Positions 38,978-47,991 of a stretch of 64,000 nt of DNA are shown here, piece by piece. Positions within the stretch are counted from its first letter, which is position 1, and each line of letters begins with the position of its first letter. Origin of the DNA: an uncultured Eubacteriales bacterium (lineage in GTDB: Bacteria; Bacillota; Desulfotomaculia; Desulfotomaculales; Pelotomaculaceae); NCBI GenBank assembly GCA_964397525.1, contig CAYNIY010000003.1, positions 5,180-69,179 of the forward strand, in the 5' to 3' direction. The translations under genes were made by a program, and so were the position numbers. The notes beneath the pieces were generated by a model. It worked only from the letters and a program-made list of their open reading frames with translations. It did no database searches and was not told where the DNA came from.

Positions 38978-39763
38978 ATGTCTGAATATACTCCATTTGA
39001 AATGATTGCCTACACAGGCTCCAGAATTCTTGAGGACGAGAGAATAGTATTTGTGGGTACAGGACTGCCGATCATTGCCGCGATGCATGCCCAGCTGACC
39101 CATGCCCCCAACCTATATATGATTTATGAAGCCGGTTCACTGGCGCCCATTCTGGATATGGGGATGCCTTTATCCGTTGGTGACACAAGGGCGGGCCGCA
39201 AGGCTTGTTATCTCAAAGGTTTATGCGGTGCATTTGAACTGACCCAGAGAGGCTGCGCAGACTTTGCCTTCATCGGCGGCGCCCAGATTGACATGTACGG
39301 TAATATCTGCTCGACCATAGAAGGGCACAATTATGATAAGCCGGGCATCAGGTTCCCGGGAAGCGGCGGCGCCGGCGCTATGGCGGCCAACTGCGAAAAA
39401 ACCATCTCCATTATGGCCCTGGAGAAAAGGAGATTTGTTAAAAAGCTCGACTTTGTAACGAGCATCGGCTTTGGCGACGGCTCAGCAGACTATAGGGAGA
39501 CGGCTGGTGTTATGGGTTCAGGCCCGTACAGGGTTATTACCAACCAGGCATTATTCGGCTTTGATGAGGCAACCAGGAGGATGAAGCTCCTGGAAGTAAA
39601 ACCTGGCCGGACGCCTGCTGAAATACAAGATCTGGTTGACTTCGAGTTAATCATCCCGTCGGATGTGAAGGAAATGGTTGAACCGACTGATGAGGACCTC
39701 AGGCTTCTGCGGGATGTTATTGACGCCGAGGGTTACTTCCTGAAGAGAGTAATCAAAAAATAA
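38978..39763 (+). CDS. family I CoA-transferase beta subunit (GctB-like)
   Basis: VFVGTGLP, YEAG, GGAQIDMYGN, RFPGSGGA. Confidence 0.92.
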   Translation: MSEYTPFEMIAYTGSRILEDERIVFVGTGLPIIAAMHAQLTHAPNLYMIYEAGSLAPILDMGMPLSVGDTRAGRKACYLKGLCGAFELTQRGCADFAFIGGAQIDMYGNICSTIEGHNYDKPGIRFPGSGGAGAMAANCEKTISIMALEKRRFVKKLDFVTSIGFGDGSADYRETAGVMGSGPYRVITNQALFGFDEATRRMKLLEVKPGRTPAEIQDLVDFELIIPSDVKEMVEPTDEDLRLLRDVIDAEGYFLKRVIKK

Positions 39764-39875
39764 TTAAACAATGATAAAATTATACATTTTACATCGGGAG
39801 GTGCTATAAATACAGGTTAAATCTAAATAAAGAAAAAAAGCCCTTAAAATAGGCTTATAACATTTAAAGAATAAC

Positions 39876-39919
39876 TACCCCCTACTCACCTGCGCCTTGG
39901 CAAAAGGCGCACTTTTTTT
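39876..39919 (+). repeat. 44-bp element (copy B) including a terminator hairpin
   Basis: TACCCCCTACTCACCTGCGCCTTGGCAAAAGGCGCACTTTTTTT. Confidence 0.8.
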
Positions 39920-39966
39920 CATAATTAAAGCAGCTCTTCAAGAATAGCTGCTTAGGACTTAATTCA

Positions 39967-40650
39967 TTATGTCGCTTCCCTGCCGGTGGTATCCACCAAC
40001 CTCTCCTGGAGGGCCATTACAGCGGCCTGGGTGCGGTCATTAACGTCCAGCTTGATTAAAATACTGCTGACATGAGCTTTTACAGTACGCAGTGTAATAT
40101 TTAATTTGCCTGCAATTTCCTTGTTGCTGTGGCCGTTAACAATTAACTGAAGAACTTCTTTTTCCCGGACAGTTAGTAGTGAGGGGTTTTTTTGCATTTG
40201 GTAATGGGGGGCGCCCTGCACCAAATTTACCAGAAGCTCGTTGGCGATGGCGGTATCTACAAAGTAGCGGCCTTCTGCAACGCTTTCCACGATCTCGATC
40301 AGCTGCTCGGCCGGGCTGTCCTTTAAAACATAAGCCGAACAACCGTCACGGATTGCCTGCACTACTTTATCATGCTGGTTGCTGACGGTCAGAATAATCA
40401 CCTGAATGCCCGGGCTTTTTGATTTAATTACTCTTGCCGCCCGGATACCATCCATTTTGGGCATATTCACATCCATTAAGACCATTGTTGGTTTAAGTTT
40501 GGCAATGGACTCGATAGCTTCTTCGCCGTTGGTGGCTTCTCCAATCACTGAAATATCATGCAGCTCAAACAGCATCCTCAGGCTTCGACGTACCAGTGGG
40601 TCATCATCTACCAGCAGCAAGCGTATTTCATTGGTTAAGAACTCATTCAT
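39967..40650 (-). CDS. NarL/LuxR-family response regulator
   Basis: LLVDDD, LMDVNMP (phospho-Asp), YVLKD; C-terminal LTVREKEVL...SNKEIAGKL...TVKAHVSSIL. Confidence 0.95.
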   Translation of the reverse strand: MNEFLTNEIRLLLVDDDPLVRRSLRMLFELHDISVIGEATNGEEAIESIAKLKPTMVLMDVNMPKMDGIRAARVIKSKSPGIQVIILTVSNQHDKVVQAIRDGCSAYVLKDSPAEQLIEIVESVAEGRYFVDTAIANELLVNLVQGAPHYQMQKNPSLLTVREKEVLQLIVNGHSNKEIAGKLNITLRTVKAHVSSILIKLDVNDRTQAAVMALQERLVDTTGREAT

Positions 40651-41944
40651 CTGAATCACCATGCCGGGCCTGGTTGTAAACTGGCAGGATTACCATGAAT
40701 TTGGTGCCCCAGCCCGGTTCGCTTTCAACTTTAATTGAGCCGCGGTGAGCTTCAATGTTTTTTTTGGCAATAGCCAAGCCAAGGCCAGTGCCGCTTTGTT
40801 TGGTTGTAAAAAAGGGCTCGAATATTTTTTGTTGGATATCAGAGGGGATACCGCATCCCCAGTCTTCAATGGTAACCACTACTTGGTCAAATAAGTGGTT
40901 GGTAGATACCCGCACAGTCCCGCCGCTTTCGGAGGCTGCAAGAGCATTTAATAGCAGGTTGCCGAATATTTCTTTGAGTTTTTCAATATCTGCCAGGGTG
41001 CGGGGAATTGGTTTGCTTAAGGATGTTTCTATTATGAAATCTTTGCCATGTCTGTCTCTGTATTCGGACACTAATCCCTTTAGTATTTCGTTTAAGTCAA
41101 TTTCTTCGAAGCGCAGGTAAGTATCACTTGAGAAATGCAGAAGGTCTTCCATGGTCCTGCTGACCCGGTCGACTGCCTCTTTGACAATATTTAAGTCTTC
41201 ACTGATTTCCATCTTCCAGGAGTTTTTCTTTTCGATGGAATAAAGTGATACCCTGATCGAGGTAAGCGGATTTTTAACCTCATGGGCGATAATGGCTGCC
41301 GCCCTGCCGAGGGCCGCCAGCCTTTCTGCCTGTTTTACTTTCTGTTCAAGTGATGTTATGATGTCATCTTTTTCCTTCAGGTCTTTTTCATATGTTATCG
41401 AATTTTTAAAAGCGATACTGATCTGGTTGCAGATCAATTCAAGCATACGGAGATCTTTTATGCTGAAATCCCCACTGCTTTCCGGACGAGTGACGTGGAT
41501 GGTGCCAATGAAATTTTCATCTAAAAGGATTGGAGCTCCGATCCCGTAAAGAATGCCGTCACGCCTGAGAGCAGATTGAAAATAAGGAAGCTTTTTGATT
41601 TCTTCAACCGGGTAGATATCCGTTGAGCGCCAGCCCCTTTTAGTCTGAAGCTGTTTTATAAAGAGGAAATGGCTGGATATGTTTTCCCTGAATTGTTTTA
41701 ACAACCTTTCACTAAAACCAATATTTGAGTGAATCGTTACTTTGCCTGAACTTTCGTGATAGAAGAAGATACCGCTTTTTTTATGCTGGATAAGCTTTGG
41801 CAGGTGTGAGTGTACAGACTGCAGGATCTCGTCAAGATCAAGATTTGATGTTACAATACTGCTTATTTCCAGCAGTATTTCAAGCTCGTCCAAGGTAAAT
41901 CCTTTATACAAACCTTCTTTGTTTTCAGTCCTGGTGGCTGGCAT
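40643..41944 (-). CDS. cytoplasmic GAF-domain sensor histidine kinase (HisKA + HATPase)
   Basis: GAF-like N-terminus without TM; [34 protein letters not shown]. Confidence 0.93.
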   Translation of the reverse strand: MPATRTENKEGLYKGFTLDELEILLEISSIVTSNLDLDEILQSVHSHLPKLIQHKKSGIFFYHESSGKVTIHSNIGFSERLLKQFRENISSHFLFIKQLQTKRGWRSTDIYPVEEIKKLPYFQSALRRDGILYGIGAPILLDENFIGTIHVTRPESSGDFSIKDLRMLELICNQISIAFKNSITYEKDLKEKDDIITSLEQKVKQAERLAALGRAAAIIAHEVKNPLTSIRVSLYSIEKKNSWKMEISEDLNIVKEAVDRVSRTMEDLLHFSSDTYLRFEEIDLNEILKGLVSEYRDRHGKDFIIETSLSKPIPRTLADIEKLKEIFGNLLLNALAASESGGTVRVSTNHLFDQVVVTIEDWGCGIPSDIQQKIFEPFFTTKQSGTGLGLAIAKKNIEAHRGSIKVESEPGWGTKFMVILPVYNQARHGDSDE

Positions 41945-42142
41945 GAAATCCCCCTTCCGAAAAAATTATTAATTACATTATAGCAGGTCATAGTATATTT
42001 CGCACTTTTGGAATAAATTTGTTTTGCATCAACTGGATATGTAAGGGGTTGTCTTAAACAGAAGCTTGATTACCAGTCTTTTTAAAGGGATAATAATATG
42101 AGTTACTCATAAACTAAATACAGCTTATTTGTCTGAGAGGAG

Positions 42143-42658
42143 ATGTCTTATTTGATTTACCCTTATGAAGGTGTGGACCCGGTAATAGACTCATCAGCTT
42201 ACATAGCACCCAGTGCGTTGGTGATCGGCAAGGTTAATATAGGCCCGCGCGCAAGCATATGGTATAACTGTGTCATTCGCGGGGATTATGATTCAATTAT
42301 AATAGGAGCAGATACTAATATACAGGACGGTTCAATACTGCACGAACACGCTGGGTCGCCTCTATATGTGGGAGACAGGGTGACAGTAGGGCACAGGGTT
42401 GTCCTGCATGGCTGTACCGTTGAAGATGACGCTTATATCGGTATGGGCGCGATGATCATGAATGGTGCCCGCATCGGCGCCGGGGCAGTGGTGGGGGCTG
42501 GCTCGCTGGTGCTTCAGGGCCAGGAGGTGCCGCCTGGATCAATTGCTGTGGGTTCGCCGGCAAGGCTGCTCAGGCTAATAAAAGAGGGGGAAATGGATCG
42601 GTTTCGGGGTGCTGTGGGCAGGTACCTGAAACTAGCGGAAAACCATAAAAAACTATAA
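42143..42658 (+). CDS. gamma carbonic anhydrase family (hexapeptide repeat) protein
   Basis: IRGD, NIQDGSILH, TVGHRVVLHGC. Confidence 0.92.
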   Translation: MSYLIYPYEGVDPVIDSSAYIAPSALVIGKVNIGPRASIWYNCVIRGDYDSIIIGADTNIQDGSILHEHAGSPLYVGDRVTVGHRVVLHGCTVEDDAYIGMGAMIMNGARIGAGAVVGAGSLVLQGQEVPPGSIAVGSPARLLRLIKEGEMDRFRGAVGRYLKLAENHKKL

Positions 42659-43657
42659 GAATAAAAATGAAGCAATCCAATAGGTCATAAAAGCGAGAAA
42701 TGCTGTTACCGGCAGTGTTATCACCCAGGCTACAACCATCTGCTGGCCTGTAGACCAGCGGACCGAGGATAAACGCTTGGCCGAGCCCACGCCCATAATT
42801 GAGGATGATATTACATGTGTGGTGCTGACCGGTAATTTGATCAGCGTGGCCAGGATGATAATCATCGCTGATGAAACATCTGCCGCAAATCCGTTGGCTG
42901 GCTCCAGTTTAATAATCCTGGTGCCGATTGTCTTGATGATTCTGTATCCGCCTACGGACGTCCCTAAGGCCATAGCCAGCGCGCATGTTGCTTTTACCCA
43001 GAAAGGCACGTCCAGATTAGCTTGGAATCCACCGGCCACCAGGGCGAAAGTAATGATGCCCATAGATTTTTGAGCGTCGTTGGTGCCGTGACTAAAGGCC
43101 TGCCAGGCAGCAGTAAAAATTTGCAGGGTGCGAAAATTCCGATTCATTTTACCTGGATTGCTGTTTTTGAATACTGCTCTGATCAGACTCATAATCAAGT
43201 ACCCTACAATAAAGGCAATTACTGGCGACAAAACCAAAGCCTCCAGAATTGTGATGAAACCAGCATAGTTCACCGCCATTATACCTTCCGCTGCGATTAC
43301 CGAACCGGCTAAAGAGCCAATCAGGGCATGAGATGAGCTGCTGGGTATGCCAAAATACCAGGTAACCAGGTTCCAGGCAATAGCCGCTACCAGCGCTGCC
43401 GCTACGATGATCATGCCGTGCTCGAGCTTCAGCGGATCGGCAATTTTCCCGCCGATTGTTTTAGCCACACCGGTAAAGGCCATCGCACCAAGCAGGTTCA
43501 TAAAAGCAGAAAATATAATCGCCACCCTGGCCGGCAGGGCCTTGGTCGAGATTGAGGTGGCTATGGTGTTTGCCGTATCGTGAAAGCCGTTGATGAAGTC
43601 AAAGGACAGCGCCAAAAAAACAACAATGGCGATCTGAACGATTACTGGATCATACAT
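42653..43657 (-). CDS. pit: PiT-family inorganic phosphate transporter
   Basis: NGFHDTAN, PSSSSHALIG, HGTNDAQK, PVSTTH. Confidence 0.95.
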   Translation of the reverse strand: MYDPVIVQIAIVVFLALSFDFINGFHDTANTIATSISTKALPARVAIIFSAFMNLLGAMAFTGVAKTIGGKIADPLKLEHGMIIVAAALVAAIAWNLVTWYFGIPSSSSHALIGSLAGSVIAAEGIMAVNYAGFITILEALVLSPVIAFIVGYLIMSLIRAVFKNSNPGKMNRNFRTLQIFTAAWQAFSHGTNDAQKSMGIITFALVAGGFQANLDVPFWVKATCALAMALGTSVGGYRIIKTIGTRIIKLEPANGFAADVSSAMIIILATLIKLPVSTTHVISSSIMGVGSAKRLSSVRWSTGQQMVVAWVITLPVTAFLAFMTYWIASFLFL

Positions 43658-43668
43658 TTTAACTCCCC

Positions 43669-44283
43669 TTAAGAATTTCGCATAATGATACCTTCCAATA
43701 TGTCTGCTACATCTTCACAGGCATCGGATACTTCTTCCATCATATAATATATTTCTTTTCTTTTAATAATCTCTATCGGGTCAGTGCAGCTGGAGAACAG
43801 GGTTTTCAGGCTGTCCCGAAGGAGATCGTCAGCGACATTTTCCAGGTCATTGATTTTATGAGTGTGGATGGGCATTTCTTTCAATTTCTTTTCTACCAGG
43901 CAGTTGATCGCAAGGGAAATTTCCTGAGTGCACATCTCAATGTTTCTGGCAAAAAGTTTCATGAAATCATCAACCTCCGTAACATTGAAGAGGTCAAAGC
44001 TCCAGGCGCAGGCCTCCAACAAATCCAGGACATCGTCAAGTTTGATCGTGAGGCCGAGAATATCTTCCCTGTCCAAGGGCGTGATAAAAGTGTTGTTTAG
44101 TTCTTTGATTACTGCGTGGGTGTACTGGTCTCCCTGGGATTCAATGGATTTCATTTGAATGGCAAATTTTTCAGCATCATCCAGGTTGTTCAGCTCTTCC
44201 CGGAAAACTTTTGAGGCCAGCATCATGTTGTCAACCACTAGAACAAAGTATTCGAAAAAAGGATCTTTTTTTCTTGGCGACAT
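43669..44283 (-). CDS. DUF47 (PhoU-like) Pit accessory protein
   Basis: IESQGD...TFITPLDREDI...LDDVLD, LENVAD; directly upstream of pit. Confidence 0.92.
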   Translation of the reverse strand: MSPRKKDPFFEYFVLVVDNMMLASKVFREELNNLDDAEKFAIQMKSIESQGDQYTHAVIKELNNTFITPLDREDILGLTIKLDDVLDLLEACAWSFDLFNVTEVDDFMKLFARNIEMCTQEISLAINCLVEKKLKEMPIHTHKINDLENVADDLLRDSLKTLFSSCTDPIEIIKRKEIYYMMEEVSDACEDVADILEGIIMRNS

Positions 44284-44390
44284 ATTAACACCTCATAATT
44301 TAGTAGTTTTTTATCCTCATGTATAAGACCAGAAGACTTCCTGCCTGATTACGAATCAGTGGAGTTTAGGTTATTCCTATCTCTGATATC

Positions 44391-44430
44391 TTAACATATC
44401 TAAGAAATCTAAATGTTAAATCTATGTTAA
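44391..44430 (-). promoter_or_regulatory. candidate Pho boxes
   Basis: Minus-strand TTAACA repeats at 44425-44430 and 44414-44419 (11-bp period), plus an inverted copy at 44391-44396, upstream of DUF47-pit. Confidence 0.5.
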
Positions 44431-44522
44431 GAAAACTACCTGGATTAAATTTCTGTTAGAGTAATTTAATAATTTTTTAATTGATTGTAACTAAAAATTT
44501 AATATAAAAAGGATAGAATAAA

Positions 44523-45386
44523 ATGACGGAGGTGTTAGAAGAGATGCAGTTTAATTTATCGGAAATTATATGGGTGCTTTTTTTGATGATGGCTTTATTG
44601 CCTGTCTTAAAACAGCAGCGTCTTGAAATTATGAGGATGAGACTGATTCGCAAGATAGAGATCAGTCGCAAGTCCAGGCTAATCACACTGATACACAGGC
44701 AGGAACTGCTCAGTTTGCTGGGTATACCGCTATCAAGGTATATAAACATAGAGGACTCTGAAGCTATCCTGCGGGCTATCCGGCTGACACCTGATGATAT
44801 GCCTATCGACCTGTTATTGCACACGCCGGGGGGCCTTGTCCTTGCTACTGAACAGATTGCCAGGGCGCTGCAAAAACATCCGGCCAAGGTTACGGTGTTC
44901 GTTCCTCACTACGCAATGTCTGGCGGAACTATGATCTCACTGGCCGCGGATGAGATAGCAATGGACGATAACGCTGTTTTAGGGCCGGTGGACCCTCAAT
45001 TGGGTGAATTCCCTGCAGTATCCATCCTTGATGTCCTCCGCCAGAAAGACAAGAATGAGATAGATGACAGGACTCTGATGATGGCTGAAATGGCTGCCAA
45101 GGCTATGACGCAGGTGAGGGATTTTGTCTTTTACTTGCTGGCAGACAAGATGGAGGAAAAGAGTGCAAAGGATCTGGCAGGGTTGCTTTCTAGTGGTAAC
45201 TGGACTCATGACTATCCGATCGACAGCGATCAGCTCAAAAAAATGGGGCTTCCGGTCAAGGTTGGACTGGCGGATGATATATACTCATTAATGGAACTCT
45301 ACCCGCAGCCTGCTCAGCGCCGGCCATCAGTGCAATTTATTCCGCTTCCTTATGGAAAAAAGGAGAGCGAACAGGGAGGGAAGTAA
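44523..45386 (+). CDS. SDH-family ClpP-fold serine protease, membrane-anchored
   Basis: HTPGG, AMSGGT (Ser), GPVDPQ (Asp), WTHDYPI (His). Confidence 0.88.
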   Translation: MTEVLEEMQFNLSEIIWVLFLMMALLPVLKQQRLEIMRMRLIRKIEISRKSRLITLIHRQELLSLLGIPLSRYINIEDSEAILRAIRLTPDDMPIDLLLHTPGGLVLATEQIARALQKHPAKVTVFVPHYAMSGGTMISLAADEIAMDDNAVLGPVDPQLGEFPAVSILDVLRQKDKNEIDDRTLMMAEMAAKAMTQVRDFVFYLLADKMEEKSAKDLAGLLSSGNWTHDYPIDSDQLKKMGLPVKVGLADDIYSLMELYPQPAQRRPSVQFIPLPYGKKESEQGGK

Positions 45387-45541
45387 CTTACATTTATTTA
45401 CTACCTGAAAATTAATAATATTCATCCTGCTCCTGGTGCATATTAGCAGCAAATATATCAATCCTGAAAATAAAATAAGCTTCTTTTGAGGTCATCCTGG
45501 GCGGCGGCGAAGAATCTTACACCAATATAAATAAGGGAGGT

Positions 45542-46594
45542 GTGTTTTTGCAGACCGGTCTAATTTATGACCCGGCTTATTTGAACCACGACACGGGCAG
45601 GCATCCGGAAAACGGTAACCGGGTTGCACATGCCTACAGCATCCTGAAAAAAGCCGGCATGCTGGAAAATCTTATTGCTATCAAACCGCGTCCAGCCAGT
45701 TTGGACGAGATAGAATTGGTCCACATACCCAACTACATTGCCAGGTTCAGGGATTATGCCGACGGGGGTGGCAGCAGCTACGGTCCTGACAATATTGTAT
45801 CCCGCGGCACCTTTGATACAGCTTTGCTGGCGGCAGGAGGCACTCTGTCGGCTGTTGATGCGGTTCTGGAAAGAAAGGTTGAAGGCGCTTATGCCTTGGT
45901 GCGCCCGCCAGGGCATCATGCTAGGCCGGGGGAGGCAATGGGGTTTTGTTTTTTTAATAATGTTGCGGTAAGCGCGCGATATGCGGCTAAAAAGTATGGC
46001 CTGAACAGGATCCTGGTGGTTGACTGGGACGAACATCACGGCAACGGCACAGAAGAGATATTTTATAACGACAATTCAGTCCTTTATTTCTCTGTGCACC
46101 GTGATGGCAATTACCCAGGCACAGGTCAAATCGACCAGGTCGGCGAAGGGGTAGGCGCGGGTTTCAATATCAATGTTCCTCTTCCCAGGAGATGCAGTGA
46201 CGACGATTATGAATATGTCTTCCGGCAGATCCTGCAGCCCGTAGCTAACGCTTATAAACCTGAGCTTGTATTGATATCAGCTGGCATGGATACTCACGCA
46301 AAAGATCCCATCGGGCAGATGAATATGTCCGGCAACGGTTACTCGAGGCTGGCATCGGTGGTCCTGGAAATAGCCGGCCGGTGCTGCGGTGGCGCCACAG
46401 TTTTTGTGCTGGAGGGCGGTTATAATTTACAGGCCCTCGCGGAAGGTGTGCTGGCGGTAATTAATACCATGGTTAACTGGGATCTTAAAGAGGCTAACCT
46501 GCCAGAAGAGGACCTGATGGTGAAGAAAGCTGTCAAAAACGCTGTCAGCAGTGTCCGGCGGCTTCACGAACGTTACTGGCCGGTTCTATTCTGA
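45542..46594 (+). CDS. Zn-dependent histone deacetylase-family protein
   Basis: HPEN, RPPGHHA, GFCFFNN, DWDEHHGNGT, YPGTG, SAGMD, LEGGYN. Confidence 0.94.
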   Translation: MFLQTGLIYDPAYLNHDTGRHPENGNRVAHAYSILKKAGMLENLIAIKPRPASLDEIELVHIPNYIARFRDYADGGGSSYGPDNIVSRGTFDTALLAAGGTLSAVDAVLERKVEGAYALVRPPGHHARPGEAMGFCFFNNVAVSARYAAKKYGLNRILVVDWDEHHGNGTEEIFYNDNSVLYFSVHRDGNYPGTGQIDQVGEGVGAGFNINVPLPRRCSDDDYEYVFRQILQPVANAYKPELVLISAGMDTHAKDPIGQMNMSGNGYSRLASVVLEIAGRCCGGATVFVLEGGYNLQALAEGVLAVINTMVNWDLKEANLPEEDLMVKKAVKNAVSSVRRLHERYWPVLF

Positions 46595-46716
46595 TTTAAT
46601 TAAGGGGACATGCCCTGAATCCGGGTATCTCTCCTTTCCTTAAACCGGCGCTGTGCGATGGTGCAGACAGCTTCAAATACCATAGACTTGCAGTATATTT
46701 ATTTCACTACAGTATG

Positions 46717-46743
46717 AAAGGATGCCTCAAAGGGCATCCTTTA
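46717..46743. terminator. bidirectional terminator
   Basis: AAAGGATGCC-tcaaa-GGGCATCCTTT between convergent genes. Confidence 0.7.
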
Positions 46744-46812
46744 TTGACACACGGTTTATTGGTAGAGTAACTCCAATTATCCTCACAAGGAAGTCAATAA
46801 TTTTTGAAAATT

Positions 46813-47979
46813 TTACACTCCTGGCAGACTAACCCTTGTTTTTTCTGCCAGGTCCAGGCTGCCGTCCCGGATAACCAGTTCGTCTGCTGTCAGGCCGCCG
46901 GTAATTTCAACATTATCCTGGTCGCTGATCCCGGTTTTGACCAGTTGGTGCTGGATCCGTTTGTTGACCACAACCATGACTTCCTTTTGCCCGTCCTCCC
47001 TGGTGCGCACAGACTCCCTGGGCAGTACCAGGACATCTTGCCGGGACATTGTCTCAATAGCCACACGCACCTCGTAACCGGGTTTCAGGTTGGCTGGATC
47101 GGGCAGGGTGATAATTACCGGCACCCGGCGCTGGATCACTCCCAGGGCGGAGGTTTTTTCTTCAGCCTGCGGGTAGATTTTTTGTACTTCGCCCACCAGT
47201 ACTCGCTGGCCTAATATCGGGGCTGTGATTGAAACCCTCTGGCCGATTTTGACATCTGCCAGGTCATCGCTCAAAATATCGGCTTTTACCTCCGGCTGGC
47301 CTGATACTGCTACCTTTGCCAGTAGTGTGCCTGGGCTGACCACCTGCTCCTGTTTGACCGGCAGGTCCATTACGATCCCGGTAACCGGACTCTTGACTAC
47401 CAACTGCCCCTCTTTGGCACTGAGCTGCTGCAGTGACTGGTTCAAACCGGCTTCCTGGGCTAAGGCACTTTCCAGGAGAGAGTTTTGTTCATTAATAATC
47501 TTTTGGTTGGTTTCTACCAGTAACTTGGCCTTGTCGTAATCCACCTGGCTGATTGCCCCGGCACTATATAACACCTCTGAGCGGGCCAGGTTGTCCTGGG
47601 AGTCCTTTAAATCAAGCTGGAGGCGCTCCAGGGCGGCACGGGCGCCGCTGGCGGCAACCGCGGCCTGGGATATCTGGGAGTGTACTTCGCTGATCTGCAC
47701 TGCCAGGTCAAGGTTCTCCAGTACCGCCAGGGCCTGGCCCTTTTCCACGTCCTGGCCGGTTTCTACCGGGACTTCAACGACCCTGGCGCTTTGCGTGGCG
47801 TGTATGTCGTAGTTAGTGGCAGACTGCACGTAGCCGGTATCGGCCACTGCCCGGATAATGCTGCCCTGCTGCGCCTGGACTGTCTCGACCTCCGTCCCGC
47901 CATTGGCATAGGACCAAAATGCGATTGCCAGCGCTGCCAGTACAGCCAATACCAGGTAAATTACATTTTTTCGTTTCAA
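46813..47979 (-). CDS. efflux membrane-fusion (HlyD/MFP) subunit
   Basis: N-terminal TM, lipoyl-like halves flanking a coiled coil, KSPVTGIV, LKPGYEV. Confidence 0.9.
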   Translation of the reverse strand: MKRKNVIYLVLAVLAALAIAFWSYANGGTEVETVQAQQGSIIRAVADTGYVQSATNYDIHATQSARVVEVPVETGQDVEKGQALAVLENLDLAVQISEVHSQISQAAVAASGARAALERLQLDLKDSQDNLARSEVLYSAGAISQVDYDKAKLLVETNQKIINEQNSLLESALAQEAGLNQSLQQLSAKEGQLVVKSPVTGIVMDLPVKQEQVVSPGTLLAKVAVSGQPEVKADILSDDLADVKIGQRVSITAPILGQRVLVGEVQKIYPQAEEKTSALGVIQRRVPVIITLPDPANLKPGYEVRVAIETMSRQDVLVLPRESVRTREDGQKEVMVVVNKRIQHQLVKTGISDQDNVEITGGLTADELVIRDGSLDLAEKTRVSLPGV

Positions 47980-47991
47980 TTGAATTCCTCC

